Part shown: positions 1-13,335 of the stretch, piece by piece | Position numbering within the stretch: position 1 is the stretch's first letter | How the letters are laid out: every line of letters starts with the position of its first letter | Assembly (NCBI GenBank): GCA_964016885.1 | Contig: OZ024745.1 | Span: 83,452,001 to 83,516,000, forward strand | DNA: 64,000 nucleotides | From: Eledone cirrhosa | Taxonomy: Eukaryota | Direction: 5' to 3' | Program-made: the position numbers and the translations under genes | Notes under the pieces: model-generated | Database searches by the model: none | The model's input: the letters and a program-made list of their open reading frames with translations, nothing else | Told to the model about the DNA's origin: nothing

Positions 1-6
1 GGAACC

Positions 7-1023
7 GTGGATGTGTTCTTTGAAACACCAGAGGAGGCTAGAGAACACTCCATGGCCCCATTAAAAAGTGACTACCTCACACTCGTCCCAAGCAATTGTG
101 GCCAGAGACTCGTAAAGATCAGGGTGACCCACGTTCCACCGGCCATCGAAATTCCCTGGCTAATAGCGGCTGTCCTCGCCGGCATTGAAGCCAACACGAA
201 AATAATAGCAGTAGCAAAAGAAAAGCAGGAAAACTGGTCCGGATCTGGGATGGAGCTCCTGATCCAAGCGGACCAAAAAAGCATTGAGGAGATCCCAGAG
301 GTAATAGACCTCACTGACGGCAGCCACCTCACGGTAATTGTCGAGGGCAGAAGACCTAGGTGTGTCGTTTGTGGTGAAGGAACCCACCTAAGGGCTTTCT
401 GCCCTCAGGCTAAAAGGTTGAGGCCACCTCTCCTACCCACCCCAGTGACACAACCATCAACACCACCAGTAGCAGAGATGGCAGCAACAACTGTAGCAGC
501 AACAACAGAAGCAACTATAACAGCAACAACCCCAGCAACAGTAGCAAAACCAACACCACTACCACCACCAGCAAAACCAACACCACCACCACCCAACGCT
601 TCAGAACTAGCACCAGCGCCTACACCATCCACCACACCACAACCAAAACTAACGGCTGTGGAGGATTTTCCACTCCCCGGCCTATCACAACTGGAGACAG
701 ATTGTGACGACGAGGAGTGGGAAACGATATCCGGAAAAAAAAAAAGAAACCAAAAAAGAAAAAATTCTCTTCCTTCCCCCTCCAAAAACAAAATACAGAG
801 GGAAACAAATAAACTAAGAAACAAAAAAGTTAGGACAGATATGCCACCATCCACACCAGCATCACCAACCCCATCAACCCAAACACCAACACCATCACCA
901 TCATTAACTCCAACACCACCATCACCTACACCACAAAAGTCACCAAAATGCGAAACAGAAACAAACCCACAACAAACGCAAACAATCAAAACAACCAAAA
1001 CGATACACACTACACAGCATTAA
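7..1023 (+). pseudogene. ORF1 (gag-like) of Tx1 copy 1, partial; probably continues in another frame to 1301
   Basis: CVVCGEGTHLRAFC is a C-X2-C-X4-H-X4-C knuckle, followed by a Pro/Thr-rich linker and a basic KKKRNQKRK stretch. Confidence 0.85.
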
Positions 1024-1335
1024 ATTTGAACAACAAGCAATTATTACACTACATCCAACACAACACCAGCATCACAGAAAAAGACTACACAACAACCCCA
1101 AAATTCACACCACCTCCACACATACAAATCACTCGCATCACACAGAAAACGTACATGACACTAAAACAAAAATTCCCCAAAGACATCGGAGACTTCCGAC
1201 AAGCACTCTCCAGGAGGATTTATAAGGACATCCTTCCTGAGGAGGCCACAAGCAGTGAAAAGGATGGAAAAGCCGTCCTTCCCCTACGAGAAGTAAGGTA
1301 AGTGGTCTTTCCCATCTTTTCCACTCCTTTTCAAC

Positions 1336-4300
1336 ATGACCTCACTCAGAATAGGCAGCATAAATGCGCGTGGCTTGGGGTCGTCATGGAAGCAGGGCCA
1401 CCTGCTCAACGACCTCAGGTCACTAAACATAGATGTAGTGGCCATCAGCGAGACCAGAATCTCCGAAGCACAGGCTTTCGCACCGATCTTCGGCGGCTAC
1501 GATGTGTACGCATCTCCCAGCCGTCCGGGATCGGGGGGAGGAGTTGCTGTGCTTTTTCGGAGAGGTTTGGATCTTGCCATACGGGCCATCTTCCTGGACC
1601 CAGAAGGTAAGTTGGTGGTGCTGGACGTGACCAGCGGAGACGGGCAAGCTTTCAGGTTAGTGGCCGTCTATGCCCCGACAGGAGCAGGGCGGCCTGATTT
1701 CTTCCGGCGTTTGGAGACCTTTCTTGGAACGTCCCGCTCTTTAGTGTTAGTGGGCGACTGGAACGGGATCTTAGATGCACGCTGGGATTGTGTGGGATTA
1801 GTGGATAGGGAAGGAGGGTGCAAGAGTCTCACCAACCTGCTCAGACGTTTTGAACTGTCTGACAGGTACCGAATGGATTTCCCGAATGTACCAATGTGGA
1901 CTTCGACAAATCGCATAGGGTCATCCAGATCATATCTAGATAGAGTATTTTGTAGGGAAATAGATAGGTCTAGCATAGGCTGTCCACAATTCAAGATAGT
2001 CAGCTACACGGACCACAAATTCGTGATCTGTGTGCTTGACTTAGATAGGCTTCATAGACGAGGACCCGGCTACTGGAAGCTAAACGCGTCCTTACCAGCG
2101 CGCAAGGCCTACAGAGACCGGATTAGCGAACTAGTTAAGCGGACGTTGACGGGGGCCATCGTCAACAACAAGTGGTGATTTGCTCTGAAAAGAGCAATTA
2201 GAATAGAGTCCATTAGGTTTAGTAAGACTTTAGCAATAGAGAAAAATAGAGCAGAGGGAGAATTAGTTAGAAAATTAGATGAGGCGCTTAGCAAAGGCAT
2301 CGCGACCGACGTACTTGCAGCGAAATTGACCCTTGACCAATTCTTCAATGCAAAGCACGAAGGCTGCGTTGTCAGAGCTAGGGTGCGTGCTCTCAGACAC
2401 GAGGGGACGAAAGCCGTTCAATGGGCCCGAGTGGCGGAGGCGCGTCGTGGCAACAAAGCCACGATCCGGTCTTTGGTGGACCACGACGGGCGCATGCTAC
2501 TCGATCCCGGGCAAATGTGTGAAGCTTTTCAGCGACACTTCGCTCAACTGTTCGGGGGCAGTGGCGGGCCGGATCGAGGGATGGACTTTAGTGTCTACCT
2601 CGACGGACTGCCGCGGCTTTCGGCCACTGAGGCGGGGTGTTGCGAAAAGCCGATAACAACCGCTGAAGTACGGGATGCAATGACTAGTTGCACAAGGGGT
2701 AAATCGCCTGGTTTGGATGGTCTGCCCTATGAACTTTACGTACAAATGCCAAACTTGTTCGCAGGCCTCTTGGCGGACGTCTACTGCAACTGGCAACAGA
2801 ACGGGAGAATTCCCAGCACTGTGAGCCGAGGAGCGGTGGCGCTGCTGAGAAAGGATCCGAACAAGGGGGATAACATAGATAATTTTAGGCCCATAACTCT
2901 GCTAAACACAGAGTTCAAGATTTTGGCCAAGGTGCTAGCAAAGAGGTTGGCGCTTGTCGTTGGTGGTCTGGTGGGAGAGGCACAGACATGCGCCATTCCC
3001 GACAGATCCATCCACGACAACCTCCACCTCATGCGATACATCGTAGAGAGGGTAGCTAGGGAACCTGGCACGGGTGGGTCCTTGATCAATTTAGATCAGT
3101 CGAAAGCCTTCGATAGGGTCGACCATCGTTACCTAACGGCAGTCCTGAGGGCGGCTGGCTTTGGGCCCGTCTTCAGAGGCTGGATCGCTGCCATGCACAG
3201 CGACATCTGCTCTGTAGTGAGAGTGAACGGTCACCTTTCGGAACCGTTCAACATCATGCGCTCGGTCCGCCAAGGATGTCCCCTCTCGTCCCTATTGTAC
3301 GTATTGACTCTCGAGCCATTACTGCACAAACTGGAGACGTTGAGGGGGGTCCCGCGCGAACTAGGATGCGGAAGATCCGTGTCAGCATATGCCGACGATG
3401 TCACCGTAGTGGTGTCGAACGCCAAACACATCGAGGCGATCGACACTACACTAAGAGAATACGAAGCGGTGACAGGAGCAATGATCAACCAGGAAAAGTC
3501 AGTGGGCCTGCAGCTCGGCACCTGGAGAGGCAGGTCCATGCCGTCCAACAGCGCCATCGGGCGCTGGACGGACGGACCGGTTAAATTGCTAGGGGTCTGG
3601 TTCGGTCCAGACCTCCAGACGGACAAAAACTGGGACGAGGTGACGAGCAGGGTGGCTTCTCTCACCCAGAAATGGGCCGAGAGGAAGCTATCCCTGAAAG
3701 GTCGAGCGGAGGTGGCGAATGCGTACATCGCATCCGTCATCTACTACTGCCTGACCGTCGTATCTTGTCCTAAGCCCCGCCTGACTGCGCTGGAGCGTTT
3801 GCTCTTTCGCTTCTTGTGGAAGGGACGCGCTCCGATGGTCAGGTGGTCCATCTGCTGTCAACACCCGCTACGTGGAGGGCTGGGCATGCCGTGGCTGATG
3901 ATGCGCAGACACGCGCTCAGGCTACGACATCTCCACCTCTTCCTCGACGGTGATCAGGTGTGGTCGCCGTTTGCAAGACACGTTTTTCCCCAGCTCGTCT
4001 CCTTGACGGAGCTGCAGTCCTGGGTCAAGCGAAGACCGAGAGGGAGCGCTTGGAGACTGGAATGTCTTCTGGCGCTCACAGCCCTCGACCAATCGGGCAA
4101 TGTGATCGGTGGAAACTCCACCTTGGCGTTCTATAGGGGATTAGTGGAGGGGAAGAGCGACGACGTACTTGGAGAAACTCTAGGCGTCGACGAAAATCAA
4201 CTAGCCAATCTCTTCGGAAGGACTTTCGGGCCGGGGCCTATGGACAACTTCCAGAAATCCCTGGCCTGGCAGTGCTACCGAGGAGCTTTGCCAGTTCGGG

Positions 4301-4750
4301 ATAAACTCTACAGGCATGGAGGTGCCGTCAGCCGGGCATGTCCGAGATGCGCGCAGGGCGACGAAACCGTCCTGCACGCACTCGTCCAGTGTCCGAGCAT
4401 TGCTGACTTGTGGGTTTATGTCGAACACCTGCTGTCACGTGTAGGACGGATCCGGCTATCAGCTGAGTCCATCGTGAGGATTGCCCCGCCCCCCTTCCTT
4501 TAGCCTGGAAGGGCAGGCAGTTTGTGTCTGTCTGGTGGCCATGGCGAAAGAGATAGTATGGTGGACACGTTTGAAAGGGCTGAAGACGAGCACTTACCTC
4601 TTCGGTGATGCCCTGATTAACTTTTTCAAATTTCATTTGAAAAGGAAAATCAGGGTAGAGAGGGAAGTGCTCTCTTCCCAGCATTTTGTTGAAAGATGGG
4701 TGAGAGAAGCAAGTATGGCCCGAATGAATGGGCCTTCTCTGAGTATGTGA
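1336..4750 (+). pseudogene. ORF2 (AP endonuclease + reverse transcriptase + zf-RVT) with a stop at 2176-2178 and a frameshift near 4500
   Basis: APE motifs SINARGL, ISET, GDWN, YLDR, TDH. RT motifs [34 protein letters not shown]-terminal CPRC..ETVLHALVQC. Copy 2 has TGG where this copy has TGA. Confidence 0.93.
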
Positions 4751-4998
4751 CTGTAAATTAAAGGTGGAAAACTGGGAGAGGGCACTTGCCCTGGTGGTCA
4801 GGGCCACTGTGGTCTTTTAATGGGCTTTCTCCACAAATGTCCCTTGGAAGTCTCCCCTCTATTGGGGAATTTTTCTTTGTTATTTTATTTCAACCTCTGT
4901 TTTTTTACACGCAGAAATGCCCATTTGTACCGTCCTGTATTGTCCTGTACTGTCCTTAATGTCTACTTTATGTGAACCCTTGTGGTTAATAAAGAAAA

Positions 4999-5028
<30 letters not shown>

Positions 5029-5029
<1 letters not shown>

Positions 5030-8000
5030 GGCGACCTACGTAGTAAATCGTATCATCGTGAGCTCCGCAAAGGTTTGTTATTTTCAGTTGTTTAAAATTG
5101 CAATTTATGGAAATTTTTTATTGTTAACTGTATATAAGTGCACTGTATCAAGGCCCCAAAAAGATTGGGGCGTTGAGCCCAAAATTTAAACTTTTATAAT
5201 TATTAAACAAAAGATTTTCTTTGAAAAATCATGGATGACTCAGTGTCACTCCTTCCTCACAATCTAACACCTCACACCGACACCACCATTGTAAATATTG
5301 CTACGTTTGCCAACACTGGAAATGTTAGCAGTAGCAATATTTTAAATTTGTCTCAGGCAGACGTTCATTTCCCACCATTACCAATGACTGCAGGTGTTAA
5401 AGCCGCCACCCCCACCACCACCACAGCGACAATAGAAACAAAAGAAAAAAATAAATTAACTCGTGATATCGAAATGAATTCGAAATGAACACACCGAACA
5501 CCACTGACGCCACCACCACCACAACTGAAACTAAAATTAACAATAGCAAAAATAACTATAACAACAACAGCAACAATGAAATTAAGAAAACTACCCTGAG
5601 TTTTGCGAGAGTAGCAAACACGTGCGAAGCGATCCAGGTAACTCAGGAGGAATTAGAAGAAGCCAAAGGAATGGTAAAGAAAGATGGGTACAGGGTCAGC
5701 ATCACCCCCCCCCCCCCACACACACACACACCTAATAAAATGGAGCATCGGCGCCTATGCACCGTGTCTTATCGGACAATTAACATAAAGTCGCGCCGAG
5801 TGGAACAGGAATCCGAGTCCCACATCCAAAAAGCTTTGGGACATGTGTGGGCAAAAAAACCCCACATCAGACGTGGGCAGAAATATGGAACCGTGGACGT
5901 GTTCTTTGAAACACCACAGGAAGCCAGAGAACACCATGGCCCCATTAAGAAGTGACGACTTCACACGTGTCCCAAGCTATTGTGGCCAGAGACTTGTAAA
6001 GATCAGGATGACCCACGTTCCACCGGCCATCAAAATTCCCTGGTTATGGCTGCCGTTCTCGCCGGCATCGAGGCCAACACCAAGATAATTGAAATAGCGA
6101 AAGAAAATCAGAACTGGTCCGGATCTGGGATGGAGCTCCTGATCCAAGCGGACCATAAAAGCATTGAGGAGATACCAGAGGTAATAGACCTCACTGACGG
6201 CAGCCACCTCACCGTAATCGTCGAGGGCAGAAGACCTAGGTGTGTCGTTTGTGGTGAAGGAACCCACCTAAGAGCTTTCTGCCCTCAGGCTAAAAGGTTG
6301 AGGCCACCTCTCTTACCCACCCCAGTGACTCAACCATCAACACCACCAGCAGCAGAAATGGCAGCAACAACAGAAGCAACTGTAACAGCAACAACCCCAG
6401 CAACAGTAGAAAAACCAACACCACCACCACCCAACGCGCCAGAACTAGCAGCAGTGCCTACACCATCCACCACGCCACAACCAAAACCAACGCCTGTGGA
6501 GGATTTTTCACTCCCCGGCTTATCGCAACTGGAGACAGATTGTGACGACGAGGAGTGGGAAACGGTATCAGGAAAAAAGAAAAAATTCTCTTCCTTCCCC
6601 CTCCAAAAACAAAATACAGAGGAAAACAGATAAATTATCAAACAAAAAAGTTAGGACAGATATGCCACCATCCACACCGGCATCACCAACCCCATCAGCA
6701 CAAACACCACACTATCACCATTATTAATCCCAACACCACCATCACCAACACCACAAAAGTCACCAAAAAGTGTAACAGAAACGAACCCACAACAAACGCA
6801 AAGAAAACAACCAAAACGATGCACACTACACAGCATTAGTATCGGTAGAGGGTCGGACGCCATGCTTTCCAGCATAGTTACGTCCCTTTACCATCTGAGT
6901 TCAAATCCCGCCGAGGTTGACTTTGCCTTTCATCCTTACGGGGTCGATAAAATAAAGTACCAGTAATGCACTGGTAATTGCTGGCCTTGTGCCTAAAGTA
7001 GAAACAATTAAATTTGAACAACAACCAATTATTACACTACATGCAACACAACACCAGCATCACAGAAAAAGACTACACAACAACCCAAAAGTTCACACCA
7101 CCTCCACACATACAAATCACTCGCATCACACAGAAAACGTACACGACACTAAAACTAAAATTCCCCAAAGACATCGGGGACGTCCGACAAACACTCTCCA
7201 GGAGGATTTATAAGGACATCCTTCCGGAGGAGGCCACTAGCAGTGAAAAGGATGGACAAAGCATCCTTCCTCTACGAGAAGTAAGGTGAGTGGTCTTTCC
7301 CATCTTTTCTACTCCATTTCAACATGACCTCACTCAGAATAGGCAGCATAAATGCGCGTGGCTTGGGGTCGTCATGGAAGCAGGGCCACCTGCTCAACGA
7401 CCTCAGGTCACTAAACATAGATGTCGGCCATCAGCGAGACCAGAATCTCCGAAGCACGGGCCTTCGCACCGATCTTCGGCGGCTACGATGTGTACGCATC
7501 TACCAGCCGTCCGGGATCGGAGAGGTTCGGCTCTCGCCATACGGGCCATCTTCCTGGACCCAGAAGGTAAGTTGGTAGTGCTAGACGTGACCAGCGAAAA
7601 CGGTAAAGCTTTCAGGCTAGTGGCCGTCTATGCCCCGACAGGAGCAGGGCGGTCTGATTTCTTCAGGTGTCTGGAGACTTTTCTTGGAACGTCCCGCTCT
7701 TTAGTGTTAGTGGGCGACTGGAACGGGATCTTAGATGCACGCTGGGACTGTGTGGGATTAGCGGATAGGGGAGGAGTGTGCAAGAGCCTCACCAAACTGC
7801 TCAGGCGTTTTGAACTGTCTGACAGGTACGGATTGGATTTCCAGAATGTGTCAATGTGGACTTGGACAAAGGGTCATCCAGATCATATCTAGAAAGAGTA
7901 TTTTGTAGAGAAATAGATAGGTCTAGCATAGGCTGTCCACAATTCAAGATAGTCAGCTACACGGACCACAAATTCGTGATCTGTGTGCTTGACTTAGATA

Positions 8001-11000
8001 GGCTTCATAGACGAGGACCCTGCTACTGGAATCTAAACGCGTCCTTACCAGCGCGCAAGGCCTACAGAGACCGGATTATCGAACTAGTTAAGCGGGCATT
8101 GACGGGGGCCATCATCATCAGCAAGTGGTGGTTTGCTCTGAAAAGAGCAATTAGAATAGAGTCCATTAGGTTTAGTAAGGCTTTAGCAATAGAGAAAAAT
8201 AGAGCAGAGGGAGAATTAGTTAGAAAATTAGACGAGCCGCTTAGCAAAGGCATCGCCACCGAAGTACTTGCGGCGAAATTGGCCCTTGAGCATTTCTTCA
8301 CTGCAAAGCACGAAGGCTGCGTTGTCAGAGCTAGGGTGCGTGCTCTCAGACACGAGGGGACGAAAGCCATTCAATGGGCCCGAGTGGCGGAGGCGCGTCG
8401 TGGCAACAAAGCCACGATCCGGTCTTTTGTGGATCACGACGGGCGCATGTTACTCGATCCCGGGAAAATGTGTGAAGATTTTCAGCGACACTTCGCTCAG
8501 TTGTTCGGGGGCAGCGGCGGGCCGGATCGAGGGATGGACTTTAGTGTCTATCTCGATGGACTGCCGCGGCTCTCGGCCACTCAGGCAGAGTGTGGCGAAA
8601 AGACGATAACAGCCGCTGAAGTACGGGAGGCAATGACTAGCTGCACAAGGTGTATATCGCCTGGTTTGGATGGTCTGCCCTATGAACTTTACGTACAGAT
8701 GCCAGACTTGTTCGGAGGCCTCTTGGCGGACGTCTACTTCAACTGGAGAACGGGAGAATTCCCAGCTCTGTGAGCCGAGGACCTGTGGCGCTGCTGAGAA
8801 ATAACATAGATAATTTTAGGCCCATAACTCTGCTAAACACAGAGTTCAAGATTTTGGCCAAGGTGCTAGCAAAGAGGTTGGCGCTTGTCGTTGGTGGTCT
8901 GGTGGGAGAGGCGCAAACATTCCGGACAGACCCATCCACGACAACCTCCACCTCATGCGATACATCGTAGAGAGGGTAGCTAGGGAACCTGGCACGGGTG
9001 GGTCCTCGATCAATTTAGATCAGTCGAAAGCTTTCGATTGGGTCGACCATCGTTACCTGGCGGCAGTCCTGAGGGCGGCTGGCTTTGGGCCCGTCTTCAG
9101 AGGCTGGATCGCTGCCATGCACAGCGACATCTGCTCTGTGGTGAGAGTGAATGGTCACCTTTCGGAACCGTTCAACATCATGCGTTCGGTCCGCCAAGGA
9201 TGTCCCCTCTCGTCTCTCTTGTACGTATTGACTCTCGAACCATTACTGCACAAACTGGAGACGTTGAGGTGGATCCCGCGCGAACTAGGATGCGGAAGTT
9301 CGGTGTCAGCATATGCGGACGATGTCACCGTAGTGGTGTTGAACGCCAAACACATCGAGGCGATCGGCACTACACTAAGAGCATACGAAGCGGTGACAGG
9401 AGCAATGATCAACCAGGAAAAGTCAGTGGGCCCGCAGCTCGGCACCTGGAGAGGCAGGTCCATGCCGTCCAACAGCGTCGTCGGGCGCTGGACGGACGGA
9501 CCGTTAAATTGCTCGGGGTCTGGTTCGGTCCGGATCTCCAGACGGACAAAATCTGGGACGAGGTGACGAGCAGGGTTGCTTCTTTCACCCAGAAATGGGC
9601 CTAGAGGAAGCTATCCCTGAAACGTCGAGCGGAGGTGGCTAACGCGTACATCGCGTCCGTCATCTACTACCGCCTGACCGTCGTACCTTGTCCTAAGCTC
9701 AGCCTGACTGCGCTGGAGCGTTTGCTCTTTCGCTTTTTGTGGAAGGGACCCGCTCCGATGGTCAGGCGGTCCATCTGCTGTCAACACCCGCTACGTGGAG
9801 GGCTGGGCATGCCGTGGTTGATGATGCTCAGACACGCACTCAGGCTACGACATCTCCACCTTTACCTCGTCGGTGATCAGGTGTGGTCGCCGTTTGCAAG
9901 ACGCATCTTTCCCCAGCTCGTTTCCTTGATGGAGCTGCAGTCCTGGGTCAAACGAAGACCCAGAGGGAGCGCTTGGAGACTGGAATGTCTTCAGGCGCTC
10001 ACAGCCCTCGCCAATCGGGCAATGTTTTCGGTGGAATCTCCACCTTGCCGTTCTATAGAGGATTAGTGGAGGGGAAGAGTGACGACGTACTTGGGGAAAC
10101 TCTAGGCGTCGACGAAAATCAACTAGCCAATCTCTTCTGAAGAACTTTCGGGCCGGGGCCTATGGACAACTTCCAGAAATCCCTGGCCTGGCAGTGCTAC
10201 CGAGGAGCTTTGCCAGTTCGGGATAAACTCTACAGGCATGGAGGTGCCGTCAGCCGGGCATGTCCGAGATGAGGGCAGGGCGACGAAACCGTCCTGCATG
10301 CACTCGTCCAGTCTCCGAGCAATGCTGACTTGTGGGTTTATGTCGAACACCTGCTGTCGCGTTTAGGACGGATCCAGCTATCAGCTGAGTCTAACGTGAG
10401 GATTTCCCCGCCCTCTTCCTCTAGCCGGGAAGGGCAGACAGTTTTTATCTGTCTGGTGGCCATGGCGAAAGAGATAGTATGGTGGACACGTTTGAAAGGG
10501 CTGAAGACGAGCACTTACCTCTTCGGTGATGCCCTGATTAACTTTTTAAATTTCATTTAAAAAGAAAAATCAGGGTAGAAAGGGAAGTGCTCTCTTTCCA
10601 GCATTTTGTTGAAAGATGGGTGAGAGAGGCAAGAATGGTCCGAGTGAATGGGCCTACTCTGAGTATGTGTCTGTAAATTAAAGGTGGAAAATTTGGAGAG
10701 GGCACTTGCCCTGGTGGTCAGGGTCACTGTGGCTTTTTAATGGGCTTTCTCCACGAATATCCCTCGGAAGTCTCCACCCTATTGGGGAATTTGTTCATTG
10801 TTTTATTATTATATCCTCTGTTTCTTGTTTTTTCACGCAGAAATGCCCATTTGTACCGCCCTGTATTGTCCTGTACTGTCCTTAATGTCTACTTAATGTA
10901 GACCCTTGTGGTTAATAAAGAAAGCATTATTATTAATTATTATTATTATTATTATTATACTTATTATTATATTATTATTATTATTATTATTATTACTATT

Positions 11001-11002
11001 AT
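5029..11002 (+). mobile_element. Tx1/L1-clade retrotransposon, copy 2 (apparently full length, more decayed)
   Basis: Starts directly after the copy 1 tail. ORF1 fragments from 5231 and ORF2 fragments 7324-10670 are collinear with copy 1. Ends in AATAAA and (TTA)n. Confidence 0.92.
6839..7005 (+). mobile_element. tRNA-derived SINE inserted in ORF1 of Tx1 copy 2
   Basis: Absent from copy 1 at the same site. B-box-like GAGTTCAAATCCC; flanked by ATTA. Confidence 0.88.
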
Positions 11003-11092
11003 TCCTTGAGTCTCAGTCATTGATGTTAGTTAACTGGAAAGTCCGTTGGAATGAATATCAAGCCACTACCTGTAGCCTCAGATATTCAGGAC

Positions 11093-11148
<56 letters not shown>

Positions 11149-11149
11149 C

Positions 11150-12914
11150 ATTATAACATAGCTTTATATAAGGCTGGACATAAAGAGAAACTGGAATACA
11201 TACTAGATAGAGACAGCAATAACAAACCTAACAACAGCAACACTACCCACTTATATAGAAATAACAAGCATAGGACTAAACATAAACTTAGACAACCAAC
11301 ACCAAAAATAACCGAACAGAACACTAATATAAGGACCCCCCAAAACTATAGAAGATCCAGAGATAGAAAGTACCTATGATTCAATCCAATATTCAACTCC
11401 TCTATAAAAACTAAACTACCTTCTATATTCTTTAAACTAATAGATAACCACCTCCCTGCACTACACAATTACCATAAAATCTTCAATAGAAAAACTATAA
11501 AACTTTCCTACTCTACTGCAACCAATATAGAATCGCACATACGTAAGATCAACCACAAAAATATCTCTAAAGAAATTAACCTACCAACACGCACCATAGC
11601 ACCAAATACAAAAGACAAACACATAACAACATCACAACCACAAATGAATCGGAACGCATCACAACAAAACATTAATAGGCCTAAATCACAACCGACCCAC
11701 AACAACTTACAAAACTGCAATGATGAACCTGCACAAATTAAAACCTCAAATTGTAATTGCCACATACCGGATAAGTGCCCACTACGGAATAGATGCCTGG
11801 ATTCAAGTATGGTATACCGGTGTACTGTGAATTCAGGCAATTCTACCTGGAACTACATAGGTTCCACGTCTGGGGAGTTTAAGAAAAGGTGGTACGTCCA
11901 CAGACACTCCACGAAGAAACGTGCACTGTACGACGCTCGCCAATAAAATCTGGCAGCTTATGGACAGAAACCTAGAATATAAGATTAGCTGGTCAAAATT
12001 ATCGGTAGAGAAAGCCTACAGCAACGGTATGTCCCACTGCGGGTTTTGTAATTTAGAACTACTACATATTTTAAGGTGCGATGGGATGCTGCTTAACAGC
12101 AAAATAGAAAGATCTATTTTCTGTAGAGATAAAATAGCTACTAGATTCACAAACTTTAAACCACCAGGAATTGAACCTGCAATGCCAAAATTAGTACTGA
12201 ACCACAGTATATATACACCATCGCACTGCTATTAGCTATCAAACGGCCAACTGGTCACTGGATCATAAATCTCTGAACATTTCTTTCACCCTCTCTCCCT
12301 GAAACAACATCAACCCCATTAAGATAGAGCAATCAGCAAAACATTTACAACAAGCGTTTATCAAATGCCCCGTCATCCCTAGCCCCAAAATATCATACAT
12401 ACATCCAGCAATTAATCTCTAATTTATTGTCTCTTTTATTGGACCCTCTACACTTATCTATGTACATCTCAAATCTTGCTTCCCACCAACGAATCCTTAT
12501 AAGAACACTTACTCAAAAACTACTACTATATACTTACACGATCTCCCTTATTTATTTATGTATCTCTTTATATTTTCCATTCTCTCATTTTCTTACTTTT
12601 TTATATACCCTATCTTATATTCTACTTTTACTTTTTACATCTGTAACTTCTCTACCTATTGACCATACATGTAATATTATTGATGTTATTGTTTTAATTA
12701 TACGCTATTTCTCTATACAAGTCTTGCCTCGAGTGAATTATGTTCATATCTACATGCTCTGGTGTGTTGACCAAAGGTGAATAATGTATTAGAGATCGAA
12801 TAACGCTACATCAAGCAATTAGCGAACTCTAGACCCACATGATCAACGAAACAATTGTCAGTAGTTTTAATAAAGCCCTTATTGTACAGGCAACCATGTT
12901 AATCTTCATTCTTT

Positions 12915-12917
<3 letters not shown>
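11150..12917 (+). mobile_element. Penelope-like element, 3' part (thumb + GIY-YIG endonuclease + 3' UTR), decayed
   Basis: CNCHIPDKCPL..C...VYRC...YIGST..FKKRW..H and C-terminal CGFC. A degenerate HHR-like GAAACAATTGTC lies near 12848. Confidence 0.85.
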
Positions 12918-12989
<72 letters not shown>

Positions 12990-13068
12990 TATGTATGTAT
13001 ATATGTATAATTATATACTTATATACATATTTATATGTATATATATATATATATATATGTATATATAG

Positions 13069-13101
<33 letters not shown>

Positions 13102-13200
13102 GTGTGTGTGTATATGGTATATACATATATATATATGTAAAATTTATATATATATGTATATATATACATATATTTGTATATATATATATACATATATATA

Positions 13201-13278
13201 TGATGGCTGCCCCCTCGTTATCGAGTATGGCCATTGCACGAGAAGAAAAAAAAAATAAAATAAAATAAAATAAAATAA

Positions 13279-13335
<57 letters not shown>

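Larger units (their letters stand above)
1..5028 (+). mobile_element. Tx1/L1-clade non-LTR retrotransposon, copy 1 (5' end outside the window)
   Basis: ORF1 with a CCHC knuckle, ORF2 with APE, RT and C-terminal CCHC. The 3' UTR ends in AATAAA (~4988) and a (TTA)n tail at 5001-5028. Confidence 0.93.

Noticed and set aside
2176-2178. In-frame TGA in Tx1 ORF2 (also TGA at 32108 and ~22717 in PLEs) as readthrough or selenocysteine
   Set aside because: Sister copies have sense codons at 2176 (TGG) and ~22717 (TCT), and the elements carry other lesions. Ordinary nonsense mutation is the simpler reading.
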